From Camelus ferus (taxonomy: Eukaryota), in NCBI RefSeq assembly GCF_009834535.1, contig NC_045697.1, forward strand, positions 31,560,001-31,624,000: DNA of 64,000 nt, given 5' to 3'. This document shows positions 24,221 to 36,302 of this stretch, in pieces. The position numbers and the translations under genes are program-made. Under the pieces are notes generated by a model. That model saw only the letters and a program-made list of their open reading frames with translations. It did not search any database and had not been told where the DNA came from. Numbering within the stretch: position 1 is the stretch's first letter; the number at the start of each line of letters is the position of its first letter.

Positions 24221-25084
24221 GATTATGGCCTAAAGAATTCAAGACATGGTTCAATAATGCATTGTTCTATGTTTACAGGATTGCATTCCAAATAGTAAAT
24301 TTAACATGACCAGAAAATGAATTATCATTAACATTTTTCTGCCTAATCTAGGTAAAACTTGAATCTGAGAGAGTCATTAGATGCTAATAGTCATGGGTGG
24401 CGTAATAGATGACAGATGATGCAGTGTCAAGAGGAAGGATGTAATCAGCATTAAGCAAATGGCATTGGGAAACCACAGAGGCAGGAGGACCCAACTGGTT
24501 CAATACAAATAGTTTCTGACAGGCCATAGCATTGTGAGTAATAACAGCATTGCTGTGCTTTTTTTCTCCTGGTTGGAAATATGAAATTAGCCAGGAATGT
24601 TGCATTTGAAAAAAAATTAAAAACACAAAAAGATCGTTCCTGGTCATGAACAGGAAGTGATGGTGTCTGGACACTAGGGAGAATTTTTGTGTGTACTGAT
24701 TGGAAAATAAACAAATACATAGGTACTTCTTCTCCATGCTTAATTCTAAATCTTCAAGGACATGGGCCATGATGCAAAATATTTTAAAACCAATTATTTT
24801 GGTATAAAAAGAGCTCCACAAAAGTATTTGCCTGGGGTCTGCACATCCTATGGGAGATCTTGGTCAGGACAGTGGTAAAATCCACCACTACTGAAAAAGT
24901 AAAAGCAGAAGCAGAGATAGGGGATCCAGCATCTGACTTGCTCCAAATCCTCCTCAATTACTTCTTCCCTTCTTCTTGGGGATAACCAGTGACTTGCTAA
25001 GGCCCCAAGGATCACGGCTGAAAAACAAAATCCATCTTTCACCATCCAAATTATTTCTAATCAACACAGAGAAATGGTACATGT

Positions 25085-26140
25085 AATGACTGTCCCTTCT
25101 ATTACTTAAAATTAATTAATAAACAATTGTTAAGCTCATTGACAATTAATTATTAACAATAATAAATAATAAAACAATTTTTACCTATCATTGGATAATT
25201 AGAAATTTGAAAAATATAATTTTTCTTAAATCAAGGAGCAAGAAAAATATTATTTTTATAGGATTGATTAATTTGGTTAATTTGGAAGACAAACTTTTTT
25301 TAATGATTTTTATAATTGCATAATTTTAATAATTGCATCCATTTTTATTAAACTTCTACTGATTTACTAGTCTTAATAATATTGTTTTATTTCAATTCTA
25401 AAGCTAGCTGATGATCCTTGAAAAATTATAAAAATATCAAAATTAGAAAAAAAGTCATCTCAGTTTTACCTGCCAAGGGTTATTAACAATAACTTATTAT
25501 TGCATTTTACTTGACACTTCATGCTATGTATTATCAGTGTGACTTTAAAATTTTTTTAGGAATTAAATATCAGATGGAAGTTTGTACCAAATGATATAAT
25601 TAGCTTTTATTTAATAGCATGACAAATTATATTTTTCTGACATAATATAAATCATAAAAAAATCAATAAACGCTTAAACATTTAAAGAAATCTCATTGAA
25701 TTTCCAAGTATTTTGGCAAAGATTATTTTCAATTTAAATATTTCTAATCTCTATGTAAATATACTATTTTAACAAAGAAGTAAAATCTTTTGTTTATTTG
25801 AAAAACACATGAAGGTGAAGTTAAGCAGTAATTATATTTTCTTCCAAACAAATTAAACCAAATCAACCAAATTTACTTCTAAATTTTAAATTAGACTACT
25901 TAGAACAAAGACGTGAAAACCATAATAATTAAAATACTTTTTATAATAACCTGTTGAAAAATTATTTACCTTACTCATTTACCAACTTCTTATATGTATA
26001 AATCAATAAGCAAATCTAATAGTAATTTATTAAACCATTTCAAAATATTTTATACTTTTTACATACTTTCTTCACTATTCATACATTAGCCATTGATAAA
26101 AATATTTTAAAAATAATAATTCTATGTAAATCTTATCTTT
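25085..26140. other. Extremely AT-rich, low-complexity tract
   Basis: Three hand-counted 60-nt lines gave 15%, 27% and 17% GC. It may include a decayed L1ME 3' fragment at about 25400-25520. Confidence 0.8.
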
Positions 26141-26143
26141 CTA

Positions 26144-26157
26144 CCAATAGGTGGCAC
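26144..26157 (+). promoter_or_regulatory. CTCF-like motif CCAATAGGTGGCAC
   Basis: 13 of 14 positions fit CCASYAGRKGGCRS. Motif match only. Confidence 0.45.
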
Positions 26158-27318
26158 TGAAAATGTGTATATCAATAGGAAATCACATTCACTACTCTGC
26201 TGAAGATGCCTTTTTACAATTCAATTTTGGCTGTGGTTTGAGTCAGGAGCACCTATCAACCATAAAATTACTATGATGTGAACAAAAGGAGTTTCATTAT
26301 GCAAACGGTATGCATAATGATGGACTGTTACATCAAGAATATTTTACTCTGCTGGTATTATAAAATTTATATTGTGCTCAACTAAAATTGTATTTTATTT
26401 AGTAAAGTGGGTATCATATTTTTCTCTTTTACTATTATTATCTGGTAAAATTACCATTTCCATTTTAGTCTTGGATGCGGACGTTTACCTGAGTAAATAA
26501 TGCATATAGAAGAATTTTGCAGAATTCGGATGCCTTTTGGCTTTGTTTAGAGTATGTATAAATATATTCTCTGATTTGTAGTTCTTAATAAGGCCAGGAG
26601 CAAATATTTGAATATTTGAATTTGCATTAATTTTATTAATAGCACCCTTCATTTTATCCATGTATATATATTTAAAATTCTTCACTTCCCAGTGTAATCA
26701 AAGTCTGATATCTTAGTCATTTAAAATCCTTTTAAATCTAATTTATTTTAGAGGTTTGTTTCATCAACTCATGAGGAAAGAAACAAAAACCTTATGATAT
26801 TCATTCTGCATTTTTAACAGTAGTTTTATCACTTTGATTTATTGCCATAAGACAAATCTTAATGATATTTCAATTTTAAAACTGTATTTTATTCTGAGCT
26901 CAGTCAGTGTGATTTATTCAGATTTTCTAAGAAAATATGAACCACTGTGTAGCTATTATGTGGCAAACGTGTTTTATATCATAATAATAAACATGCATTT
27001 TTTCATACCCGAACTTGCCAATAATCAGATATCCTTGAGTAGTTTCAGTGTTTTTATTGGATCCCAGTGAAGTCTCATTATCTTGTACAATTTGTCTGAA
27101 CTATGTTCTCCAGGTTTTTACTATTTTCTGCTCTTTAGGCCTATGTGAGAAAACAAATTTGCCTGACATGGAGCTTTATTTAATTCTATTTCCATTGTCT
27201 CATCTCTGATCAGAGGTAGCTCAATATGAAACTCTTTTCTTTCTCCTATTTGCTAGTAGGAATTCAACTTAGTTTTCTTCCTTTTCTGAGCTACCCAAAC
27301 CCTATTTCTTGATGCTTC

Positions 27319-28078
27319 TATTATGGAGCATGGGCTTAATGCTTGCTTTTCTTTAAAACAATAAGTGAAAGAGGTTATGTTGATAGGAAGGAAAGTTGCT
27401 TTTAATCAAAATGGCAGCAACCTGGGGAGACAGTGGAATTAGTGTTCCCAAAAAAAAAGATTGTGCTCAGTAATGAAAAATTTTAAAGGGAAAAAGGGAA
27501 GTAATCTCAATTGATTATTGAGATAAGGAGGTCAGAGTCATCACTACACCCCCACAACCATGTGCAAACCTGTCAATGTCTCGTGAATTTTCCTTAGATG
27601 CTATCTTGTTCACAGTTCCTCCTGAGATTACTTAAAGGGAAGCTAGGGAAGAGATCTGGTCATTTGTTAATTACTTCTTCTCTATTTCTACTTCCTCAAT
27701 GTGTGGAAAAAGACCAACAAATTAAGCAAGGTATTGTGTGATCAGAAGATCTGAAAGGTGTGTGTAAGCCAAAGATGAATAGGGCGTGGGGTTGCCTGGT
27801 TTAAGGTCAGTTACAATACAGTTTTGCTAAAGTGACAAGAAAAGGGATTTCCTGCTGGGGTGCTTTTCTGCAACGAGCTGCTTACATGGTGGCAGTTATA
27901 GTATTTATAAAATAACTCAGGAATGTGCGTGAGACAGTAAGTCTGTGACTGTTGTCCCAGTCATCAACAGCTTGAGCCTGGTCTTTGGGGACTCAGGGAG
28001 GCCTGGGAGACTTCAGCTTTTTTATAAACAGGAGGCAGGGGTTGGGGAGATGCCCCATCAGGGTCCTGGTTGGTTTCA
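27319..28078 (-). mobile_element. ERV1-type LTR sequence, possibly a composite of two LTR segments
   Basis: Reverse LTR U5/R-like start ('...aggaaggaaagttgcttttaatcaaaatggcagcaacctggggaga'). Two terminus-like ends: 'gagctgcttaca' near 27886 and 'cagggtcctggttggtttca' at 28078. Possible TSD CTTC/CCTC. Confidence 0.7.
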
Positions 28079-28337
28079 CCTCCACCCACATATCCACTTG
28101 TAAAGAAAAATACACACTCATCAGTCCCTCCTTTCACCCCTGTACCTTGGTCATCCTCTTTTCTTCATCCCACCATGCTCAGCTTGAATGTTTTTAGGGT
28201 TTATAGAATAAGACAGGCAAAAACTTTAATCATTATTAGAGATTAAAAAAAAGCTTAATGAGAAGGTATTTGTTATTTTAACTTGAAAATGCAGGAAAAG
28301 ATTCAGATATAGTCAAACATGGACTTACCTAGCATCA

Positions 28338-28838
28338 TGCAGTAGCCAGTCTCCAAGATGGCCCCCAATGCTTCTTACTTCTTGGAATTCACAATTGTAT
28401 AGATCCCTCCCACACTGTACCAGAGTTGATCTGTGTGACCAATTGCATACAGCCCAAGTGATGCTGTGTCACTTCCAAAATTAGTTATCAGAAGACTACG
28501 GTTTCTGTTTTGAGTACTTTCTTTCTTGTTCACTGTGTCTCTGTCACTTGCTCTGGAGGAAACCAGATACCACATTATGGAAATGCTACTTGGGGGAGAA
28601 GTGAGGTCTTTAGTCAACAGACCACAGTGAATTGAAGCCTACCAAAAAAACACATGAGTGAGCTCAGAAGTAAATCTTCCAGCCCCAGCTGAGCATCATG
28701 GGAGACCCTAAGCCTCAAACACCATCTAAGTCACCTCTGAATTCTTGACATACAGAAACTAGGAGGAAACAAATAACTATTTTTTCATGCTGCTAAGTTT
28801 TGGAGTAATTTGTTACACAGCAATAGGTAACTAATACA
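28338..28838 (+). mobile_element. ERVL-MaLR solo LTR (MLT1F-like)
   Basis: Start 'tgcagtagccagtctccaagatggcccccaatg'; end 'gctgctaagttttggagtaatttgttacacagcaataggtaactaataca'. Confidence 0.92.
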
Positions 28839-28984
28839 GAACTCAAATTATATTATCAAACCTCTGTCAGAGTCTCAATATAGTTGGCTCTTGTTATATC
28901 AATTTGCAACAATTACAGATGCAAATTTCAGGTATATCAAACAATGTAATCATGAGCCATCTCCTTATCACTTGGATTTTATAT

Positions 28985-29135
28985 CAGGGATCTGCAAACA
29001 ACAACTCAAATCAGACCTGCCAACTATTGTTATAAATAAAGTTTTATTGGAATTTGTTTACATTTTGTCTATTACTACTCTCCTGCTACAGTTGCATCAT
29101 TGAATAATGACAGAGATCATATGGCTTACAAATCC
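28985..29135 (+). mobile_element. MER58A-like hAT-Charlie MITE
   Basis: 'cagggatctgcaaac...tataaataaagttttattggaa...tgctaca...gacagagatcatatggcttacaaa'. Confidence 0.75.
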
Positions 29136-29139
29136 TGTT

Positions 29140-29460
29140 CTATGTGGTGAGCAGTATACACCTTGGCTTACATTCTTCTAATTTAGTAGCAAATGCAGAA
29201 AGAAAAATAAAATAAATTCACAACGTGACAGAAAAATTTTGAGAGGACTCTGATATACCTGTAACTGTCTTGGGTCATACATTTTTGTACCAATTATGTA
29301 GACAGGTAGAAATGTTTCTGTAATTGGCTGACCCTAAGTCACGTGACCATTCAGGCTTTTGGAAAAGTAGGATGAACTCTACGCAAGGCAGATAAAATTG
29401 GTTCCACACATGAAAGAGGGATCTTGTTCTTAAAGAAATGTATTGCTATCTAGGTGCACT
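29140..29460 (-). mobile_element. Old MaLR LTR fragment (MLT1J/K/L-like)
   Basis: 'gagaggactctgat...cttgggtcatacatt...accaatta' followed by 'taattggctgaccctaagtcacgtgacca', the duplicated CCAAT/E-box layout of old MLT1 LTRs. Confidence 0.6.
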
Positions 29461-30127
29461 TGACAGGAGGCAAGGAAGTTGAATGAGATGCTCACATAAA
29501 ATCATTGTAGAAATATGTTACAAAAACATAGCTACTATAATGAAAATGACAAAGTAGTAGGGATTTCACAAATGCGCCAAAGAACCACGATTTTTATCCC
29601 TAAAGTCTTCATGAAACTCTCTTTCTTGGTAGAAAAAGGCATCCTGTTCTCTCTTTCTCTTTCATTTATGAGAATGGAAATCATTCATGCCCCACCTCCT
29701 TGTTTTTATCCTTTTCTTTTCAAGTAGGCCTCTTCCTGAGTTACAGTTAAGAGAGAGAACAACATGCATTAACTATAAGTCATCCAAGTCCCATGTAGGT
29801 CATGTATAGGTTTCGTAAACTCCATTGCTCCATCATCTTCATATTAAATCCTTGAATTATTATAATCATTTTAGATTCTTATATATATTTTTTGGCAGTT
29901 TCTCATGTAAGTTTCAGGTAAAAGCTGTGAGGTAAGTATTTTATTGCCACAGTGACTCTGGTCCCCTGGGAAAATGCTAATTGGGTTATCTCATCTCAGG
30001 AGAAAATTCAATCAATCATCTCCTTACTGCCTGATGCAATTGCTGGCACTTAATTTAGGCATGTGATAAGGGGTCACTGTTTCTTAAGAAAATGCAAAGC
30101 TCACATACATAAGTTAGATAAAACAAC

Positions 30128-30325
30128 AAAAACATGGACTTTGAAATTAGACCTAAATCTTTATTTGACCATTTGCTACTTGTGACACCTTGGATCAGTT
30201 AGTGAAACTTCTGAATTTAATTTTTCTCCTTTGTAAAATGTATCTGGCAACTGTTACTTTTCAGACTATTTAGATTACAGAAATTAAAGTATCTAGTACA
30301 TAATAAAAGCTCAAATAATATTAGG
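30128..30325 (+). mobile_element. MIR SINE
   Basis: 'catggactttgaaattagacct...accttggatcagttag...ctcctttgtaaaatg...agtacataataaaagctcaaataatatt'. Confidence 0.8.
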
Positions 30326-30979
30326 AACCTATATCTCAATAATGTTTAGCTCTTACAATTTAACCATCTGACAAAGGATCGTGAACATTACATTTCCATG
30401 TTATAAGTAATTCATTTAATAAGTAATTTAAAGTTAAGTTTAAATATAGCAGTAGTATATACCCACTAGAAGATCATGTTATTAAAGATCTGAGTTTTAT
30501 AGGGAAAATGAGTTTAACTTTTTTTATATAAAATATTCACATCCTTGATTAAGCTGATTGAACTCTACTAGTTAATTCTGCTTCCACTGGATTAATTATG
30601 AAGAGGATTTCAAGCGATGATTTATTTATTGGTTAATCTTTGACCTATCTCTGGCTTCAGTGCTCAGCACAGACAAAAGGGGGTTTAGTCACTTTAAAGA
30701 TAATTATGTTTTGTTTTCTTAATTTTTAAACTGATCATAGTTGACAGTAAATTGTCCTCTACCACAACATTCCGGATTAAAATGACCAGCTCTCTGGCAG
30801 TATGACGTTTTGTAACAGTGTTAGTATATTACACAGCAGAGCAGAGTCTTTTGTTGATAAAGGGAAAATGTCTTGGTGCCTGTGACATTGTAGGACCAAA
30901 GGAGAGGAAATAAGACCTTTGATTTCCACAGCATTTGATGAAATATTCAATTGGGTTTCTAGTTATTCTCTCCCATCTT

Positions 30980-32290
30980 CTATTTTTCCTGGACTCCTTT
31001 CTTTCTCTCTTTTCCAGCTTTTATTTGCCTTCCCTGGGTTGCATTCTTGACTTCAATTTTCACCCTTTCTGATTCTCAGCAAAAAACTCTGTTACACTCC
31101 ACTGTTTGGGGAATTTCCTCTATGCCTCCAGCTACACAAGATACTCTGGAGCTCAGATATCTCACCTCCTTCCTATCTTTCTGATTTATCTACACATTTC
31201 TCTGTGTAAACACATGACAGATTGTTAGAACCAGTATCTCTGAGAATATAAACAGAACTTACTGTCTGCATTAACATGATTTTACTATTCCACTATCTTC
31301 ATCAACATAACTTTACTTTTCCAGAAAATTCTTGGCTAGGAAGAGAAATGTTACAAATTTAGTTATTGTTCCTGCCAGGAGAATTCTGACAGACCTATTA
31401 ACTCTTCCATAGTAAACTCCAAAGGTAGTTTGTACCCCAAGACTCTTTGACCCTTTGTTGCAACATCCTTACCTTGCTGTGTTCACCAATCATTGATTAT
31501 CATACCATAAGATCTTTACACAGTCCTAACCAAGCCCTCAACTCCTCCAGCCCTGGTTTCCATCTGTGAATTCAAAGACCTAGCTGACACTACTAGTCTT
31601 CAAAATCTCAGCAATATGCTGTCCTTGCCCTCTTGTCTCTAAGATGCTGCTAAGACAGCGAAGAATTGCTCTCCCTCAGCACAGTGAGCAATAAGCTCAG
31701 CTTTGTCTAATCAACATGATGTTTTGGTGGTATTCTGGGGGATCCAGCATCCACCATGTCAAAACTCAAATAGTACTTCTCCTTTGGGTAGCTCCTGCTC
31801 CTCTTTACTCTTTATGCCAATTCTGCTAATGGAAGATTTGACCTCAGTTTAAGATGACCTGGCTTGTTTCATAGATAGAATAGCTGGATAGAAGGGGGAC
31901 AACCTTTGCCATCTTTCTCTTTATAAGCATATTCAGATCCTGTCGTTTCTATTTTGGAAGTATAATTTTGAACTCTTTCCCATTTCATTACAGCTTAAAT
32001 TTTTTTTTCCTAACTTGTTACTATAAATTCTTAATTTCTCTCCCCTGGCTTTAGAATGGTTAACAATATTAATGCCACAAATAAGATGGTTTGTTTAATA
32101 TTAGTTAATTTTAGCTTAAATGTATAAAAATAATAATAAATGCTTTATATTTCAAAAGGCTAATAAGAATAAACATCTACAATTTGATTAATAATAGCAG
32201 AACAGGTCCAGATCTGGTACTGTCAATAAAAAATGTATGAACATTACCTGGTCCATAGTAAAAGTTCAAGAAATGTTTGTGGAATAAATA
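30980..32290 (+). mobile_element. L2 LINE (degraded), interrupted by the LTR at 31215-31756; 3' end at about 32240-32290
   Basis: Pyrimidine-rich L2 body on both sides of the LTR. Joining the flanks gives 'aaacaca|tgtcaaaactcaaa', like L2 'caacatgtccaaaac'. Terminus 'cctggtccatagtaaaagttcaagaaatgtttgtggaataaat'. Confidence 0.6.
31215..31756 (+). mobile_element. ERV1 solo LTR (MER110/MER90/MER31-like)
   Basis: TG...CA ends. The 3' part 'gcaataagctcagctttgtctaatcaaca...ttttggtggtattctgggggatccagcat' matches this LTR group. Confidence 0.75.
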
Positions 32291-32519
32291 CATGGAATTA
32301 TTTGTGAAAATCAAAAATTGTCTCTTGTGGTATACATTGTCTACTCCATCATCTTTTCCTCCTTGTTGAGAAAATCCTAACTCTTGGTGTAACACGTCAT
32401 CACCAGGAATGACGATATATACCTGCAGTTGGCCATGTGACTGTTTCATTCAAGGACATGTAGGTGAGTATGTTACAGGAGAAGGTGGGAAGGCTTTTTA
32501 ACACATAGGCTTCTTTCCG

Positions 32520-32600
32520 AAGATGAAATGATCTAAAAGCCAATAAAGCTTAAGCTTCAGGACCCCTCATTTGCATGGACACCTTGTGTAAATTAAATAT
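32520..32600 (+). mobile_element. hAT-Tip100 (Arthur1/MER69-like) terminal fragment
   Basis: 'aaagccaataaagcttaagcttcaggacccctcatttgcatggac' matches the recalled 'gaagctaatgaagcttaagcttcagggcccctcacttgcacgggc'. Confidence 0.7.
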
Positions 32601-34377
32601 CTGTAAATAAATTTTCAAATTATCCTGATTTGAATGTAGCATTTATTTCCTATCAGGATGCTGACTAACATTACGCTTTTGAAATGTAGTTCATACTTTG
32701 AAATCTTTCTCTTGGATTTGTCTCTGAATTAATCTACCTAGTTTAATCTGAAGGATCATCGCTTACAATTTAGCTCTAGCTTACAATTTTATAACTTCTC
32801 AGATCCTCTCTATTTTTAGTGAACAAGCAACATTTTTATGCCTATTATGTTTTTATCATTTGACAATTTTGCTTGTCTGATCTTACTAGAGACACTAGGT
32901 GGATTATTTTTGAACTGATTGTAAGTTATGGGTATTTGAACATTCCAATAAAAATGACTGATAAGAATATCCCCTAAACTAGACAAATATAGTAATATTA
33001 TAATGTTAATTAATAATAAAATGCAACCAAGTAGCATGCAGCACACATCATAGTGTAATATTTTTTAAATGGTACATGATTATTGCAGTGACTGAGAATG
33101 AACCATAGAAAGAAAGTGGTTAATTAGTGATTTAGAGAAACATTCATGAGGAAATACATTTCTCCAGCATTCGATTATTCCTACACTGAACAATTCATCA
33201 ATGAGAATTTCTAATAGCTGAGTAAGACAGAGTAGAATGTGTATGTGAAGCTTGCTATATGGAGCTAAGAAAATAAAAAACAGAGCACTTCCCCTGAGGA
33301 CTTTAAAATCTAGTTAAGATGAAATTGGTAACATACTCAAATAGGCTAGAACCTGAATTACAGTATATGAGAAAGGCTAGTATAGATTGATACATAAAAT
33401 CAAATCAATTAAAAGAATAAAATAGAAAGAATAGAAAAAGGATTGAAGAAAATTTATAGCAACTTGAATGGGAAGAATATGGGAGAAAGAAAAAAATTTT
33501 GTAGCTTATGAAGCAATTAATCATAATCAGTGCATTTGTAAGTAAAAAAAAATGTGCTTGATACGCTTTACTGAATCCTTAAATCAAGTATATCTATTAA
33601 AGGAACACTTTTTGAGTTTAAATAATGTGCAAGAAATGCTACCAATAATAGATACAAAAAATTTAAAGTTTATTTCCCTAAAAGTCTCTGATTTGGAATT
33701 TTAAATTAGGAATTATTTAGTATGCAAACAATGTTAAATAGAATTTTTCTAACTTCTGTCCAGCATATAAATCAAAACTTTTTTTCTTTTGAAAATATTC
33801 TAACAACTCACTTACTTATGCATTCATTTATTTTGAGAATTTCTGTCTCTGACATCCAGGTTATTTCCTTCTAGATAGTTCATAGGCTTTTGCAATCATT
33901 TAATTTAACATTTAAACTAGATTAGAGTACATGTATTATTGTTTATATTGGAAATCATACTTTTCACTACAGTAATTATATTCAATACTTGCAATGAGAT
34001 TCCATGCTGAGCATGAAATTAGCTTTTATCACAAAGGTATGATTTAACAAATATCCAATTCCAGAAAATCTGAAAGTATAAAAAAGAAAAAAAATACATA
34101 TCTCACAAGTAATAGAGCAAAACAATTTTATGTGAAATTTCTACTTATAACTTGGATTCCACCAGCATACTTTTCTTACATAATTGATACTATTGCACTT
34201 TCATTTTTGATTAAAACAATCTTGCAAGTAATCATCAAGGTCCAAGATATACATTTCTCATGAAATTGCTATAAATATATATCTGAAATTATATCTTAAA
34301 AAGAAACAGCAAAATTTTTTTCACCTTTCTTTTTTTTTTTTTTTTTTCCTGTATCAAAAAAGACTGTACAGAACCAA

Positions 34378-34535
34378 TAAGGGAAGTCAAGAATATCTGA
34401 GTCTCAAACCTGCTTTAATTTAATATTTGGCTTGGTTCAAATCAATTAACTTCTCTGGACCTCATTTTCCATATTAACAAAATTATGAAATCGGAATAGG
34501 TGATACTGAAGTCTCTTTCTAAATCTTAAAGTAAT
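34378..34535 (+). mobile_element. MIR3-like SINE
   Basis: 'gaagtcaagaatatctgagt...ttaacttctctggacctcattttcc...aggtgatactgaagtctctttctaaatct'. Confidence 0.7.
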
Positions 34536-34684
34536 TCCAACATAATCATTATAAATAATATTGGATAATCTTTGAAAAACATGTATACACATACACTACT
34601 GCCAGTTAAACTATGTGATTAACAGACAATCCATTTTAGATTCCAATCTTTTTTTAAAAAGTCTTAATTAAAAAAACTAACAAT

Positions 34685-35023
34685 GCATAATTGAAGTACA
34701 ATTTATATACTGTAAATTACACATATCTTAAGTGCTCAGATGATGAAACAAATGTATGCCCCTGTATTAAATCCCCCAAATTATTTCCATCATCCTAAAA
34801 AGTTTCCCGGGGCCCCACTCAAATCAATTCTTCTCTCCACCCACTGCTCCAGAGGCAACCACTTTTCCACTGTCTTTATTACTGTTACCATAGATGTTTT
34901 GGTTGTTCATGAACTTCATATATATGAGTTCATATGGTACATTTTTATCTGGCTTCTTTGGCTCACCATGATGTTTCTGAAATGGATGTATGTTGCTGAG
35001 CACATCACTGCATTGTTCTTTTA
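34685..35023 (-). mobile_element. L1ME/L1MB-class 3' end fragment
   Basis: 'attgaagtacaatttatatactgtaaattacacatatcttaagtg', 'ccagaggcaaccact' and 'tctggcttctttggctcaccatgatgtttctga'. Confidence 0.85.
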
Positions 35024-35144
35024 CAGTGGGGCAGGGTGGGGGCTGTAACGGGCTCTTAGGATTGTCTATCCTTTCAGATGAGAAACAGTGCCGCCTGGGT
35101 AGGAAATCATCCATAAGTCAAACATGGCTCACTTTTTTTTTTCT

Positions 35145-35445
35145 TTTCAATGTTTTATTATGAAAAAATTCAAAAACAAACAAATGGCAGAGAACAGTAT
35201 AATAAACGTCATACAGGCATCACCCAGCCTCAACTATTATTAACAGGTGGCCAATTTTCTTTTATCCATATGCACCCCTCTGCGCTCGCCTCCCGTTAAA
35301 TTAGTTTAAAACATATCCTAGCCCCCATGCTATTTCATTCATAATACCTTAGTATGTATCTATAAAAATGTAAATTTTTCCTTAACTATCATTGTTACAC
35401 CTAAAATAGTTTATAATAATCATTCTTGATGATCAGAAATCTAGG
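35145..35445 (-). mobile_element. L1MC4/L1MC5-like 3' end fragment
   Basis: 'ttttattatgaaaaaattcaaa...agagaacagtataataaac...catcacccagcctcaac...atttcattcataatacc ttagtatgtatc'. Confidence 0.8.
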
Positions 35446-35794
35446 TATGTGATCCCAGATTATAGCAGAGTGGGTTTATATGAGAAGTAATCAAGGCTTT
35501 TTGAAACAAGATAAAGATCTATTGCTTTTTTTTAATTTTAAAGCTTGTCCTTATCTATTGTTATGAATTTTATATGAATTTACTATATTCAACTTAAGAT
35601 CATAAGCTTGGTATTATAAACCCCCTAAATACATTCTCATTTTATAAGGTGACTTCTACACATCTAAAATGAATTGCAAGTCAATCTAATTGTATGTAGG
35701 TCTGCGGTCACATCAACCTTTCCTTCACTCTTAATACTGCTGGTTAACGAGGCCTTCAAAATATCTGTATTTCCTTAGTATCATAGTAAAGAGT

Positions 35795-35910
35795 ATGTGA
35801 TTGATCTCGTTTTACAGACTAGGAAACTAAGGCTCAGAGAAATAATTTGATATGAATCATAAATGGAGAAGCCACTGCTGGAACCCTGACATTTACACTC
35901 TTTTCAGTCT
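35795..35910 (-). mobile_element. MIR fragment
   Basis: 'ctcgttttacagactaggaaactaaggctcagaga'. Confidence 0.7.
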
Positions 35911-36302
35911 ACTCTGATAGACGTTCCCTACATAATTATGATGGGAAAATTAAATCCAGAGTTTCTACATGATACCAAGTACTCCCAAATAGAAATTAGC
36001 AAATGCCATAATTTCGAAGGTAGTCATTCTGAGGTGGAAACAAAATTATTTACCTCATTTATTCCCTTCTAGGGTTTTTTTTTTCTTAAAATTAAGACAT
36101 AAAGAGATGTTACCAAAGTAGTTTAGCAACTAAAACTCTGATATTTCCACCTACACCCTACAAATGACAGTGGTGATATGTGCATCTTTTTCTTCATTAT
36201 GGAGTGTTCATACTGATTTCAGAATCAACTCTGATGGACCTACAAGGAGTTCCCAAATACTCCCAATTCATCTCTTCAATATCTTATAAATACATCACCC
36301 CC

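Noticed and set aside
24384..25045. Minus-strand ORFs of 145, 89 and 65 aa
   Set aside because: Composition typical of translated AT-rich non-coding DNA (F/C/L/S-rich), with no domain or recognisable homology.
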